Program-made: the position numbers and the translations under genes | Part shown: positions 50,375 through 64,000 of the stretch, in pieces | Position numbering within the stretch: position 1 is the stretch's first letter | Layout: each line of letters begins with the position of its first letter | The notes under the pieces: model-generated | Told to the model about the DNA's origin: nothing | What the model saw: only the letters and a program-made list of their open reading frames with translations | Databases searched by the model: none | Assembly: GCF_001194135.2 (NCBI RefSeq) | Contig: NC_069001.1 | Span: 32,504,802 to 32,568,801 of the forward strand | Origin: Octopus bimaculoides | Taxonomy: Eukaryota | Direction: 5' to 3' | Length of the DNA stretch: 64,000 nucleotides

Positions 50375-51479
50375 ACTTCTGTATGTATAAATAAAGAGAA
50401 CTCGATAGAGTTGATAATTAAAAGAACATTTTTTATTGTAGTTACTCTTTAGTTTCGCTTTATGTCGAAAAGTGATTACGTGAAACTAGGAATAATAATA
50501 GTAGTGTAAATCTGTTTTGAATGCTGTTCATTGTAATATATATTAAATTTATTCATATAAAAACTTTGCCTATATACAGAAGACAATTCTGCGAGGTTTG
50601 TCGAATGTTGTTCTCTCCTGGCTAGTAGTTTTCGATTCGTACTTGAAATCAAAATATCTCGTACCCTAAAAATAATCCTGAACCCCCACCCCCACCAGCA
50701 ATGATCGTTGCACTCTCATTCTAGTAAATGAGAGGCTTTGCGTTTAAATAAGATGTAATTTATTTTTTTATTGTGAATTTTATTTGAAAAAAATTATTCA
50801 AATTGAAACTCATGTGATCTTTGATACTTCGTTTTGAGGAAAATTAATCAATTGATTGGAAGGTCTTGGCTCATCTTATCAGACAGGAATGGAAGAACCA
50901 ATATTAAGTGGCGCTTGATAGTTCTTGGTATTCTCAAGTAATATAGATTTGATATGGCAGTAGAAGTGTGGGTTAGGGACCCATATAACAAATGCCATTT
51001 TTTTTCTTCTCGGATTTTAAAAATAGCGCTATTTTTTATTTGTTTTATTTTATTTTTTGGTTTTGTCTCCTATTTGTTTCAGTTATTGGACTGCAGTCAT
51101 TCCGGGGCACCGCCTTGAAAGGGTTTAGTCAAACAGATCGGCCTCAGTACTTTTTCCCCCTATAAAATGTATTGTACTGGTTCTGTTGGTTTCTTTCGAA
51201 GAACCACTAAGTTGTGTGGACGCAAACAAACCAATACCGGTTGTCAAGCGATATAGGGGTTACAAACACAGACACATACAATAGAATTCCACCCAGTTTC
51301 CGTCTACCAAATTCACAAGGCATTGGTTGGCCCAGTGCTGTTGAAGACACTTCTATTATAGTTTAAAGGGCCGTACATTGGTACTGAACCTGGAACGAAG
51401 TAGTTGGGAAGCAAGCCTTTTTAACCACACATCCATGCATGCACCTGTTTAATTATTTAATTATTTTTCTTTTTAGTTC

Positions 51480-51578
51480 TCTGTGTGGAACCCTGGGCAA
51501 GTGTCTTTTACTAAGGCCCCCAGGCCTGTCAAAACCTTGTGAGTGGATTTGTTAAATGGCGATTGAAAGAAGCCTGTC

Positions 51579-51629
<51 letters not shown>

Positions 51630-51860
51630 TATATACACATACATACATGTGTTTGTGTTCTCCTGCTGTTTAACAACTGGTGTTGGTTTGTTTACATCCC
51701 TGTAACTTCATGGTTTGACATAAGAGACTGATAGAATAAGTACTATACTTACAAAAAGTGGGGGAAAGAAAAAAGGTAGTGGGGTCGATTTGTTTGGCTG
51801 AAACCCTTCAAGGTAGTGTCCCATTCTGGCTGCCGTCCAATGAGTAAAACAAATGATAAA
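51480..51860 (+). mobile_element. SINE family 'B' (CORE-like CCTTGGGCAAGTGTCTT domain, internal (TA)n, 3' tail); representative copy
   Basis: Many copies in both orientations, e.g. 7316-7600, 23200-23345, 26330-26700, 28400-29010, 31530-31720, 35150-35420, 51075-51430, 58545-58880, 60810-60965, 63305-63710. Confidence 0.8.
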
Positions 51861-53127
51861 CACAAGAAAAAGCTTTCTAGTTATTTGAGTGAAACCAGTT
51901 TTGAGTTATTAATTGGGGGTGAGATGTCTCTTGATAATGGAAACAAGTACATGGTGTTACCTACTGCTTTATCTATGATATGCACATACAGGTCACTGGC
52001 CTAGTCTTGGTGCTAGTAGTGGCGGGGAGGCTAAGATATTATTGATACCCTCCCACTTAAGCATGAGAAGCCGGAGGAAATTTTGCACCCAGAGGAGTAA
52101 CTTCTCCCCATTCTTACCATAGTTCTGGTATGGCTGCATCTGTGTGGATCACTTAACATGCTAAAAAGAGCAGCAAAATATATCTCAAATTAAAAATTCT
52201 GTCTTGCATAAACTGCATTAGAAAATATAATCGTAGATACACTTAGAAAGATAGGACAGTGACAGTTGGAAATGCCTTTGTTCATGTGCCTGCTAAGTCA
52301 AGGGTGACCTGCAATGTCTGAACAATACACTATACTGTTAAGTGTTTAAATGTTTCGACTGTTTAAATAGCAGGCTGTGTTGTGATCAAACCTCATGGAG
52401 TATTGTTGCTTAGCCCTTCATCAGACATGATTCAGCAAATCTATGATCAGAAGCATTCCAACCATGTCTCACCAGTCTTTTTATACGTCAGAGACTTCGT
52501 TATCTAGTGTGTCTTCCTTTATATAAGATAGAGTCGATTTGAGAGTGATTTGGCTGCTATTTCTTTTTGACATGCTTGCACTGGTGAAAACGAAAACTAA
52601 TTTTTTAAGAAACCAGAAAACTGTTGGAGCGTGATCGTTGCCAGGGCAGCTGACTGGCTCCCGTGCCGGTGGCACATAAAAGGCACCATTTGAGCGTGGC
52701 CATTGCCAGTTCTGCCTGACTGAGTGGTTGGCGTTAGGAACGGCATCCAGCTGTAGAAACTCTGCCAAATCGGATTGGAGCCTGGTGTCGCCTCCTGGTC
52801 CACCAGTCCTCAATCAAATCATCCAACCCATGCTAGCATGGGTTGGACGATTTGACTGAGGACTGGTGTACCAGATGGCTACACCAGGCTCCAATCCGAT
52901 TTGGCAGAGTTTCTACAGCTGGATGCCCTTCCTAACGCCAACCATTCAGAGAGTGTAGTGGGTGCTTTTATGTGCCACCAGCACGAAGGCCAATCAGGTG
53001 GTACTGGCAACGGCCACGCTTGAAATGGTGTATTTTACATAAAAATTCTATATATATATGTACACACACACACATAATATATATATATATGTACACACAT
53101 ATATATACATATATTTATATATATATG

Positions 53128-53207
<80 letters not shown>

Positions 53208-53699
53208 NNNNNNNNNNNNNNNNNNNNNNNNNNNNNNNNNNNNNNNNNNNNNNNNNNNNNNNNNNNNNNNNNNNNNNNNNNNNNNNNNNNNNNNNNNNNN
53301 NNNNNNNNNNNNNNNNNNNNNNNNNNNNNNNNNNNNNNNNNNNNNNNNNNNNNNNNNNNNNNNNNNNNNNNNNNNNNNNNNNNNNNNNNNNNNNNNNNNN
53401 NNNNNNNNNNNNNNNNNNNNNNNNNNNNNNNNNNNNNNNNNNNNNNNNNNNNNNNNNNNNNNNNNNNNNNNNNNNNNNNNNNNNNNNNNNATATATATAT
53501 ATATATACCCTGCCATACTTATAGATTAATTCATATTTGGACTAAATTTCATTGTGAAGATATGTTTTTTGTTTATTCCTGGAATTGATTTTTTTTTTCC
53601 TGTATTCTTGAAGAATACAGCAATGTTTGACGTTTGCCAGGGAACTTTAGCTTATATCATTGGAGGATATTTTTTTTTATATATTCAAAAGTGATCTGG

Positions 53700-54150
53700 T
53701 AGTAGTTACAGAAACAGAAAGTACAAAGATTGTGTTGAGAATTACAATGAAGTTTTGAGAAAATATCAAGAAAACATTCAGTGAAAAATCTAGATTTAAT
53801 GGCAAATGCCAAGAAGAGCTGTATTCTTTTTGGAGTACATAAAAGAAATGCATCAGGAAGAAAAAGAATATCTGTATCTACAGTTAATTTGAAAACAACC
53901 AATGTGTCTGAATTGAGTTTGCCCAGGAGCATAATAATTGGACTTTATCAGGTTGGTCAAAAATCTTGTGATCAGATTAGTCCAAATTTAATTTGTTCAG
54001 CTTCAATGGTCTTTTGTTCATGTAACAGAGTGACTATACATAGAAGATTAGAATTTTACCTGGAGTGCGTGAATTAGGCAGTTTATCATGGGGGTGGCAA
54101 CGATTTCATGATTTTGGTATAGTATGTTGGGGGAAAAGGGATCAGTCCCT
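53700..54150 (+). mobile_element. Decayed Tc1-family transposase
   Basis: From 53915: EFAQEHNNWTLSGWSKIL*SD*SKFNLFSFNG, then HGGG at 54087. Matches the Tc1 motifs FA.EH..WT...W..VLWSDESKFNLF and HGGGSVMVWG. Multiple stops and frameshifts. Confidence 0.8.
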
Positions 54151-56123
54151 AACATGAGATCAAGGGCATCCTGAGCAGTATAGCCTCTCTGGAGATCTTA
54201 GTCATTTGGGCCAGCCATGGATTTTTCAGTATGATGGCCTTTGCAAGATTAACCAAGAAATTTCACTGAAGGCAAGAAAATGTGAATGCTACAGTGACCA
54301 GAACAGTTGAGTTATGGATGTGTAAACAAAAATCATCAGTTGTCAAGAGGTATTGGTTGACAAACATGCACACATAGTGCCACATAACTCAGAACCACAT
54401 GATTTAAAGTGTGCTTTTTAACCTCACAGCCATGTGATGATGAAACTTAGATTCAGTGTCTCATATGTATGATCTGATTTTGAGATATTTCAGATTACCT
54501 AACCAAGTATTAGTATAATATGATTTTAGTCTTCTTGATCTGTAATACATACTTCCGATTTTGTTAAAGGCAAATGGCTTAAAAAATGGCTTTAACCTGT
54601 GTTCATTTTTATAATGTTGTTTAGTTACTAATTACATTAGTCTAATTTAAAATTTTCATATTCAAACTAACAGCATTTAAATGAAGAAAAAAAAAAGTAC
54701 TTTCTTTCTATTTGTATATAGCTTGAATCATCAGTAATCAATAACTGTAAATAGTTAGGATTTAATCATCAGTTTACTCTCATCATTAATCTGTGTGACG
54801 TCACTGTCACTATGTCCTTATATCTACCCTGATGTGTCAGTGTCTGTTGAGTAGAGTTTGTTAACCTTTTGGTACCCCGCCTCCCCAACCAAGTGTATCG
54901 TATCCTTACATCTATATATGTTTATCTAATATATGTGTAAATATGTACACAAATGTGCATTATATTAACATTGGACTGTTAATTAATGTTTACATGTTTT
55001 GCATTATGGGTTGAATTTATACACAGGTCACTAGAATAACAAATGTGTGACTGGAAACTAAGTTGTTGGATGTTGTCCCTGACATATATACTAGTGACAG
55101 ATATATGAAAAATTTCAGCTCTTGTTTTGACTTCTATAAACATCACTACCATTTTTATCTTCCTACTAGCTACATCCACCCTTATATAGTACTGAGTAGC
55201 CATGTACTATCACTATAGCAAGACGCTTATACTTGTCCGTCTGTCATACTTTGGTCACTTAACACCTGGTATAAAGCTGCCACCACCTCCCAAATACTCA
55301 CCCCTACCATATAGTTGTGGTCTTTTCCCTCTGTTCTTTTCTGGTCTTATGAGTAACTTTACAACCTCACAAATGCTGGTATTATGAGAAATAACATGCA
55401 GTACACATGGTAAAAGATTTGGCATAAGCAAGGGCATCCAGCCATAGAAACCATAGAAACTGTACCAAAACTTGACAATAGATCTTGATGCAGCCCTGCA
55501 GCTTGCCAGATCCTATCAAACCATTCAACTCATGCCAGCATGGAAAAAAATAGATGTTAAGTGATGCTGGTGATGAAAATTTGTTTTCTGGAGATCTGCT
55601 GGCTATAGAATTATTGATAAGAGGTACTGAGCTAAGCATGATCTGATGGCATTGCTATCTGAACTTAGCATTGAGTTGTTGTACAAGTAAACTTACTGGG
55701 TTTTGTGTGAGTGAATAACTAACTAAAAAGTTAGTAGTTTTACTGTTGCACTTAGAGGTGGGATCACAGGCTGTTATTATTCACCTTTGCAAGTGGTGGG
55801 TTGCACTGTAAAATAGCCTGTTTCATTGTTGGCACTATTCAGTTCAGACTCCCCTGTTGGAAAAGTTACATTAATGATAGACTGGAACTCTAACCAAAGG
55901 GAAAATTTATCTTTACTTTAACTGAGGCAGGGTTTTATGGTTGGATGTTCTTCCTATCAACAAACCCTTACCTGTTTTTTACAAGTTATTCCTGAGGTTT
56001 TCAAAGACACAGAGCAGCCTATTATAATGTCAACATCATAAGAGTGATGCAACGACAAGCATGGAATATCAAGATTCATATACATTCACGTATGCATATA
56101 TATATATGTATATTTATATGTGA

Positions 56124-56420
56124 AGGTGCATAGCTCAGTGGTTAGAGCGTCAGGCTCACAATCATGAAGTAGTGAGCTCAATCCCTGGACCGGGTCGTGT
56201 GTTGTGTTCTTCAGCAAGACACCTTATTTCATGTTGCTCCAGTTCACTCAGCTGTAGAAATGAGTTGCAACATTCACTGGTGCCAAGCTGTATCAGCCTT
56301 TGCTTTTCCCTTGGGTAACATTGGTGGTGTGGAGAGGCGACTGCTGGTCTTCCATAAACAACCTTGCCTGGATTTGTGCCTCGGAGGGGAACTTTCTAGG
56401 TGCAATCCCTTAGTCATTTA
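56124..56420 (+). mobile_element. tRNA-headed SINE of another family (TAGCTCAGTGG A-box; CAAGACAC..GCTCCAGTTCACTCAGCTG body)
   Basis: Relatives on the minus strand at ~10730-10880, 30780-30955 and 48230-48290. Confidence 0.7.
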
Positions 56421-57184
56421 TGACAGAAGGGGGTCTTTACCCATTTATATCTATCTATCTATATATATATATAATATATGCATATTTCTTTGTTTTGGTA
56501 TAAGGGCTTTTTGCTGTTTCCATCTACCAAATTCACTCACAAAGTACTGGGTGGTTTGGGGCCATAGAAGACCCCTACCCAAATGCCATGTAGTGGGACT
56601 GAAATCGGGACCATAAGGTCATAAATCAAACTTCTTAACTGCAATACCATGCCTGTACCAATATTGGGAAACATGTCTTTCTTGAAACTTTAGATTTTCC
56701 TTCCCATTGAAGCACACCCATGCATTCCATAGTGTGTGTATGTGTGTACACATTAGATTTCCCATATCACAACATATCTTCATACCTTACTTATATAGAT
56801 AATGTTTTGCTGAACTGTTAACACAGATTACTACAAATTCTAGCCTTGTTGAATTCTAGTGTAGTTATACCAGATTTCAATGGTTTTTTTAGGCTTTGAG
56901 AAAGAAAACTGCCAAATGATAGGATGGATGAATCAGAAAGGCAGTTTTTCAGACTTGTCCAGCATCCCGTCAGCTTTGAAAAACAGATGTTAAACTATTC
57001 GTGATGGTAACGATAATAAATAGTAGAGGAGTAAATGGATTTGTAGATGTTTGCTTTTCTGTTAAAAAATAAACAAAATTTTCACAAAACAGAACATTCT
57101 ACCATGGTAAGAATGCATAAAGATTCTGTAGAAAGGAACCAAAACATGTATAGCATTTTCTGGTAGGTAAATTCAATTTGGACT

Positions 57185-57215
<31 letters not shown>

Positions 57216-60200
57216 TGCTCTCAATTGCTTAACCATGTGAAATGGATTTTGTGAGAAAATATCTGTTAGTGATGCAGTAGATTGATTCTTACCTTCCTTT
57301 TCATCATCATCATCATCATTTATTGTCTGCTTTCCATGCTGGTATGGGTTAGATGGTTGGACTGAAACTGGTAAGCTGGAGGGCTGCACCAGGTTCCAAT
57401 CTGATTTGGCATGGTTTCTACAGCCGGGTGTCCTTCCTAACACCAACTACTCCAATAGTGGCATTGGCCACAGCTATGATTTCACTTGGCTTCATAGGTC
57501 TTAAGTTCAACATTTCACCAAAGGTCTCAGTCACTAGTCATCACCTCTGTGAGGTCCAACATTCGATGGATGCTTTCTATGTGCCAGTTAGGTGACACCA
57601 GCATCGGCCATGACTATGATTTCACTTGGCTTGATGGCTCTTCTCAAGCATGGCATATTACCAAAGGTCTTGTTATTGCCTCCTTGAAGCACAATGTTTG
57701 AAGATCATGCTTCACCACCTCATCCCATGTCTCCCTGAGTCCACCTCTTCCACAGGTTCCCTCCTAGTAAAGCAGCAGGTACTCTCATACAAGATACACA
57801 ATGAACATGTTCTTCAAGATTGTGTAGAAAAGTCTTATTCTTGAAAAGATCGATTCCCTCTGTTTCCCCTTCCTTTTTTTAGTTCTATTACAAAGTGGTG
57901 GGCTGGTAGATCAACCTGGTAAAGGAGTAACAGGTCCAATAACCAGCAAATCAACCTATAGCTACTCTTGTGGCCTGTTTAACTCTTTAGCAGTCAGATT
58001 CCTCTATCAAATGTAATGCTTATTTATTTGCATTGTTTCGAATTAATCATGCATTATCTTGTGGCTAGTTGGAGAAGGAAGGGTGACATTCATCACCCAC
58101 TTGGATTCATGGGGAGAGAAGGAGTAAGGAATGACATACCATGGGGCCACTACAGTAGGAAGTAGTGCATTGAAATATCAAGTTATCCATGGACTGTAGC
58201 TCTGGTCTGATTACTTAGAACACGGTACTCTCTGTTAAAGGTATCCAATGACCAGATGAGAGTTAAATTGAGCAATGAAGTAGGTTTACTACACTAGTTT
58301 ATCATGATACTATGTTTGCTTTGGCATCTACTCTCTCTCTACAACAGACTGTTTTTGCAGAACTTGTTGGTTCCAACTCCCCCATTGTTAGAAAACTTAC
58401 CCATTATGAACCAGTGAGATAGTCGCCATGTAGTGGCTTGATCTGCTTTGAATAGGAGCCAATTCTTCCTTGAATCCCATTTCACCATCTTTTAAGGGTG
58501 CATTGGGTAATGTAGTATAAGACCCACTACATCTGTTATCTTTGAATTGTTTCAGTCTTTGGACTATGACCATGCTGGGGCATTGCCTTGAAGGGTTTAG
58601 TCGAACAAATCAACCCTAGTACTTATTTTTGTTTGTCTCTCTTTGCTGAACCACTAAGTTACAGCTATGTAAACACACTGATACCTGTTGCCAAGTGGTT
58701 GTATGGACAAAGACACACACATACACACAATGGGCTTCTTTCAGTTTCCAGCTACCAAATCCACCCTCAAGGCTTTTGTCAGCCTGGTGCTGTAGTGGAA
58801 GACACTTGATCAAAGTGCTGCAGAATGGGACTGAACACAAGACCACATGGTTAGGAAGCAAGCTTTTCAACCACACAAATCATACCTGCACCTATGAACA
58901 AAACAAGGAAGTCTGTTTGATTAAGGTTGTAATGTCTTTGATCATCAATTTGTTCAATACTGGCTGACCTGGGGTTATACTATTGCTTACTCATTACTCT
59001 TGCCTCTTTATTACTTCTCCTTCTGTTATGCTTCTCTCATTAATTAAAATACATGAATTACCATACTCATCATTGTTTCATTCTGAGCAACACTGGCTCT
59101 ATGTACTTCCTTCACTTCTCTTCTATAATTATGTATTGTACAGTATCATGCAGTATCCTCCATCTCTTTAATTTCTATGATTTAAACAATACTAGATTCG
59201 CCAATCCCTGATTGTGCACAGTAGCCCTTCCCCTAAAGACAAGAAAAATCATAAAAATGAATCTCAATGTCTCTTTGTGTACTGTACATATTCAGTGCCT
59301 CAATCTCGTCCGTAGATGATAGTATAGCAGTTTGTTGTCTGATAACATTTAACATATGCCTGTATATACATAATGTTCTCCTTGACCTAAACGGATAAAG
59401 TCATTGACTAGGTACATGAAGGACACTCACAATTGGTTGTTTTTCTGACTTAATGTAAAAAAAAGTGACATAACCAGCATCCAACATGACGGTAATTTTT
59501 CTTTCCTTTTTAAGAATTCTTTTTTTCTTGCTTTTAGTTAAAATGAACGTTCTCTGTTCTAATGTGATTTGTCAGTAGTTTGTATAAGGGAACATTATGA
59601 AAACCTATTTAAATAATTTATTTCCACTATTAGTCTTTTTATTACTATATCTCTAATGAAATGCAGACTGTTTCAGTTAATTTTTAAATAATTGAAAATT
59701 TGGAAAAATTATTATTATTAATAAGCTTACATTTTTCCAGCTCTTTGTATTCTGAGTTCAAATTCCACTGAGGTCAACTTAGCTTTTCAACCAGTGTTGG
59801 TGTGTTTATGCTCCTGTAACTTAGTGGTTTGGCAAAAGAGACTGATAGTATAAATAACAGGCTTAAAAAAAAAACCCAGTAAGTACTGGGGTCGATTCAT
59901 TTGATTAAAAATTCTTCAGTGTGGTGCCCCAGCATGGCCACAGTCTAATGACTGAAACCAGTAAAAGGTAATCCAACACCACTGCAAGTGGTGGTAGGGA
60001 CAAGACAAACACAATACAAAGACACACCCACATACGATGGACTTTTTCACAGATTCCATGTACTGAATTCACTCATAAGGCATTAGCTGGCCTTGGGCTA
60101 TAGTAGAAAACACTTGCCCAAGGTGCTCGGCAATGGGACTGAACTCAAAACCATATGGTTTGCAAAGTGAGCTCCTTAACCTCACAGCCATACTGTGCCC

Positions 60201-61630
60201 AGACATTTCTATCTTGTCAGCAGTATACCCCGGTAAGCTGTAGTGTCAATGTATAATCCATGCATATTTGTTATGTACCTTGTTGATTTTCTTATGAGCA
60301 ACACTTCACTTAGCTGAGTTAGTTATGCCCTGTGATGGTGAAAGAGAAGCCATGTTGATGACTCGACCATCACTAGTACTCTTAATTCCAATACTCTTTT
60401 CATGTTGCATTGTGCTGTCTCATCAGAAAACCACATGCAATATTATTTGCCTGAAGAGGGTGGCGTTGTTAAGGACAATATTAGTGGGGTTTCCTATAAG
60501 ACTTGAAACCTGAGATCACAGTGTTTGAGTTTTGTCTATGAATCATAATTTTTTGTAAGTTAGTAAGCAGAATGTACTGAAGTCATAGTTGAGTTTGAAA
60601 AAAAAAAGTCTTGAATAAATAAGAAAAAAGTGTTTTGGATTACTAACTCCATGTGTTAAAACTATTTCATGATACATTTTTTTTTTATTTAAAACCTATT
60701 TTTTTTTCTTCAGTTTAAAAACTATTTCCTTTCTTCAGTTTTTGGGAGATAGTTTAAATAAATTAATAAGAATGTATTACTGGTATTGTTGTTTTTTTTT
60801 TTTGTGAATAAGCATAGGCATGGTTGTGTGGGAAGAAGTTTGTTTCCCAACCACATGGTTTCAGGTTCCGTCCCAATGCATGGCACCTCAGGCAGGTGTC
60901 TTCTACTATAGCCTCAGGCTGACCAAAACCTTGTGAGTGAATTTGGTAGACTAAAAAGAAGCCTATTGTGTATGTAACTACACATGAACTGTCGGCGATT
61001 TTTTTTTTTTTTTTTCTTTCCTCCTCCTTCCTTTTCCTTTGGACTTTCCTATGTTTCCTGTTTCTGAAGATGAGCTATGCTCGAAATGTAAATCAACCAC
61101 TTTTTTCCTTCTCTGGGCGTCTTATTAATACTTTCTATGTGCTACATCCTCATGTTGTTGTGTTTTTTTCTTGTCTTTTTCTCTATTTTTTGGATTACAC
61201 ACACACACACACATAGGTAAAAAATTAAGGAGTGCGTGGGTTACATAAATAATATTTTCAAGATTAAATAAAAAGATAACAAACGGAAAATATGACCTAC
61301 TTATATATATAATTAAAAAATAAACAAACGAACATATACTAAATACACAGATGGACAGAAAACTCAGGATGCCTCGCATGATAGTTGTAAGTACATATCA
61401 CTGCCATGCAAGCAGTGTTCTTCATCTCCAATCTTCAGAGATGTGTCTTGTTACTGGGAAACATTATCTCACTCGATAACAGGAAGGGCATCTGCCTGTA
61501 GAAAATCAACCTCAACAAACTCTGCCCAATCCATGCTAGTTTGGAAAAGTGGATGTTAAAATGCTGCTGAGGAAGATAATGAACTTGTGAGATTTTAATA
61601 TAGAACAGTAAGGTACTGAACTAGTTACAA

Positions 61631-61963
61631 CAGGGGTTCTCAATCATTTTTTTATCTACAGACCCCTTTGAATACTATTTTATTCTGGTGGATCCTCATA
61701 CCCATTCAATGTTTAAAAACTAGTTTTATAGAAACGTTTTTCGAAATTTTTATTTTGTTTTTGTTTTTCACACATTAACATGTGTAGGTTGAACTATGTA
61801 AAATGTTAGGGAAAGAAACCTAATACATACATCTAAAGCCAAATATTTTCAGGGGTCCTTCAAATTCTATTGTGGATCCCTAATTTACTATTTTGTTACA
61901 TGGACTCCCAAAAATCTTATATGGACTCTTAGGGACCAATTAGACTCCAGTTGAGAACCACTG
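61631..61963. mobile_element. hAT-like MITE (~333 bp)
   Basis: Termini CAGGGGTTCTCAA ... TTGAGAACCACTG; flanks agttacaa/agttatag resemble a decayed 8-bp TSD. Relatives at 29524-29859 and 36826-37088. Confidence 0.7.
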
Positions 61964-62751
61964 AGTTATAGTGATGTATTCAGTCTAGTGTCTGGTTGTC
62001 TTGGTTACTTCCACTGCCATCAAGATACTAAATATTAGTGAAATGTAATCTAGTTTGGCCTATATCCTGCTTATTTTTTAGTAACGTTAATTTGATCATT
62101 TCTAGGAATATTCCTTTCAAAAACATCCGTTGTATAACATTTCAAGTGTAAACTATGCTAAATATCATGTGGATTTGCTTGCTCTACTTGTGCTGCTCCT
62201 ATAGTTGCATTATTTTCCTCTCATCAGCACCCAAATATGTTTGAATTTCTCAGAATTCACTGCAACTGTACTGAACATTTTACCCAATCATTATTGCATT
62301 CTGGAACTCCTTTCCTCTTCCTACAGCTTTTTAAATTGAGTGGGTCATCAGGACTCCTCTGAAACGCTTACTAATGAAACATTCATGTTAACTCTGCAGT
62401 GCTGCTGCTTCGTTTAGTTTCTCTGTATTGAGTTGATAATTATTTACTGTGAAATATGCATTTAGCCATTTGAGAGATAATTATCATGGCTTGCAGGCGA
62501 GCTGTATGATAAGAACTTGATTCACAATCACATGGTTTTGGATTCAGTGGTACTGTGTGACCACTTGGACAAGTGTCTTCTACTATAGCCTTAGACCAAC
62601 CAAAGCCTTGTAAGTAGATTTGGCAGATGGGAACTGAAAGAAACTTGCTGGATGTGAGTGTGTGTGTGTGGATGTACAGAGTGGCCCAAAAGTGTGTATG
62701 TATAAGAGGTATGGGCTGTGCATTTGTATTTGGTTGGTAAGATTAGCAATG

Positions 62752-62856
<105 letters not shown>

Positions 62857-64000
62857 GAGTGTGTATGTGTTTGCATGTACTTACATATTGTGTGGCATAC
62901 GTTAAATGTGTGTGTATGTAGGTGCATGCGTGTGCAATGATTGATCAACATTGCTTTGGTTGATAAACAAATTCTTTTTATAGTAGAGTGCTGTTAATAT
63001 GATGCCAATGTTTTCATTTGAAAGTAATCGCAATTATTTGCTTGTTCAGTTATTCAAACTACAATTGGCTAATTGTGAATACATTTTCATGAAACCATTG
63101 ATATTGTATTAAGAGCACTCTACTCTTAAAAAGATACTCACTCTCACAGACACACACAAACACACACGCGTATATATGTCTGTAGCTGTCTTCTTTAAAT
63201 CCAGCACTTTAGGCTTAGGCTATATGTATATGTGTGTGTGTATATATATATATATACACACACACACACCTAAATGTCAAACGATGCAAATGAGTGCTCC
63301 ACACCGCATTCTTTCTTTCCTTTACTTATTTCAGTCATGACTTGTGGTCATGCTGGAGCACCACTTGTAGTCGAAGAAATCGACCCCAGGACTTATTCTT
63401 TGTAAGCTTAGTACTTATTCTATCGGTGCCTTTTTGCCGAACTTCTAAGTGTCGGGATGTAAATACACTATTGGTTGTCAAGCGATGGTGGGAGAGGTAA
63501 ACATAGACGCAAATACATACATACACACATACATATATATATGTATATACGATGGGCTTTTCTCAGTTTCCATCTACCAAATCCACTCATAAGGCTTTGG
63601 TCGGCTTGAGGCTATAGTAGAAGATACTTGTCCAAGGTGCCACGCAGTGGGACTGAACCCTGAATCATGTGGTTGGGAAGCAAGCTTCTTACCATACAGC
63701 CACTCCTGGTTATAATTTTTTTATTTGTGGATTAATGCTACCATTGGTTTTATGTTAAGAAAAGTAGGAAAATATACTAGTATCTTAATTTTTCAAGCCA
63801 ATCATGTGGAGAAAGGTGTTTGCCTCAATTTTGGAAAACACAGCCTCGTTTAGATCATGGGGGTTCTCATAAATTCACATGAATAAAACAATGAATCAAA
63901 GGACATATATATATATGTGTTTGTGTGTGTGTGTGTATAATCTGGGCTTGAAGTATCAGAGTTGAAGAAAATGAAATATTGTCACATAACTAAGAAATTC

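Noticed and set aside
52481-52620. Minus-strand exon-like segment (SASMSKRNSSQITLKSTLSYIKEDTLDNEVSDV)
   Set aside because: Matches the AGAAATAGCAGCCAAATC SINE family.
8801-53588. All long ORF-track entries containing X runs (e.g. 11080-11946, 31578-32147, 45525-46090, 52972-53588)
   Set aside because: Open only because N-gaps and flanking (TA)n tracts contain no stop codons.
56893-57006. Plus-strand exon candidate with good splice sites (ttttttag|GC...GATG|gtaacg)
   Set aside because: All three frames hit stops; could be a UTR exon, but nothing else supports it.
58348-58413. Plus-strand exon candidate TVFAELVGSNSPIVRKLTHYEP
   Set aside because: Its 3' end merges into a SINE-like sequence; no linking exons were found.
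60325-60513. 62-aa ORF and an overlapping second open frame
   Set aside because: No donor site, no homology recognised, no supporting exons.

Overview
AT-rich eukaryotic genomic DNA saturated with microsatellites, tRNA-derived SINEs and MITEs, with 18 N-gaps. The repeat families and (TA)n/(CA)n/(GA)n load match what I know of Octopus (coleoid cephalopod) draft scaffolds; this is an inference, not a database result. Almost every entry in the ORF track is an artefact of microsatellites, N-runs or SINEs. Best-supported gene: a minus-strand gene for a secreted or membrane protein, with a signal-peptide exon at 39536-39632 and a six-cysteine EB/EGF-like exon at 3334-3456. The two are phase-compatible across a ~36 kb intron. 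Candidate non-coding 5' exons lie at 43.4 and 45.0 kb, below a CpG-rich promoter-like site at ~45.4-45.55 kb that also has a plus-strand donor. A weaker, phase-consistent chain of small plus-strand exons (3.7-22.3 kb) suggests a second gene interleaved antisense. Decayed autonomous elements are recognisable by protein motifs: Penelope-like GIY-YIG, CR1/L2-type RT, RTE endonuclease plus RT, and Tc1 transposase. Non-autonomous piggyBac-like, hAT-like, mariner-like and Helentron-like elements are also present. No rRNA, bona fide tRNA or CRISPR array was seen, and I cannot claim a clearly new biological system. The best leads are the possible interleaved antisense gene pair, several long fold-back (dsRNA-forming) structures including a zero-spacer SINE palindrome, modular SINE tail swapping, and a ~12 kb CpG-retaining domain around the promoter.
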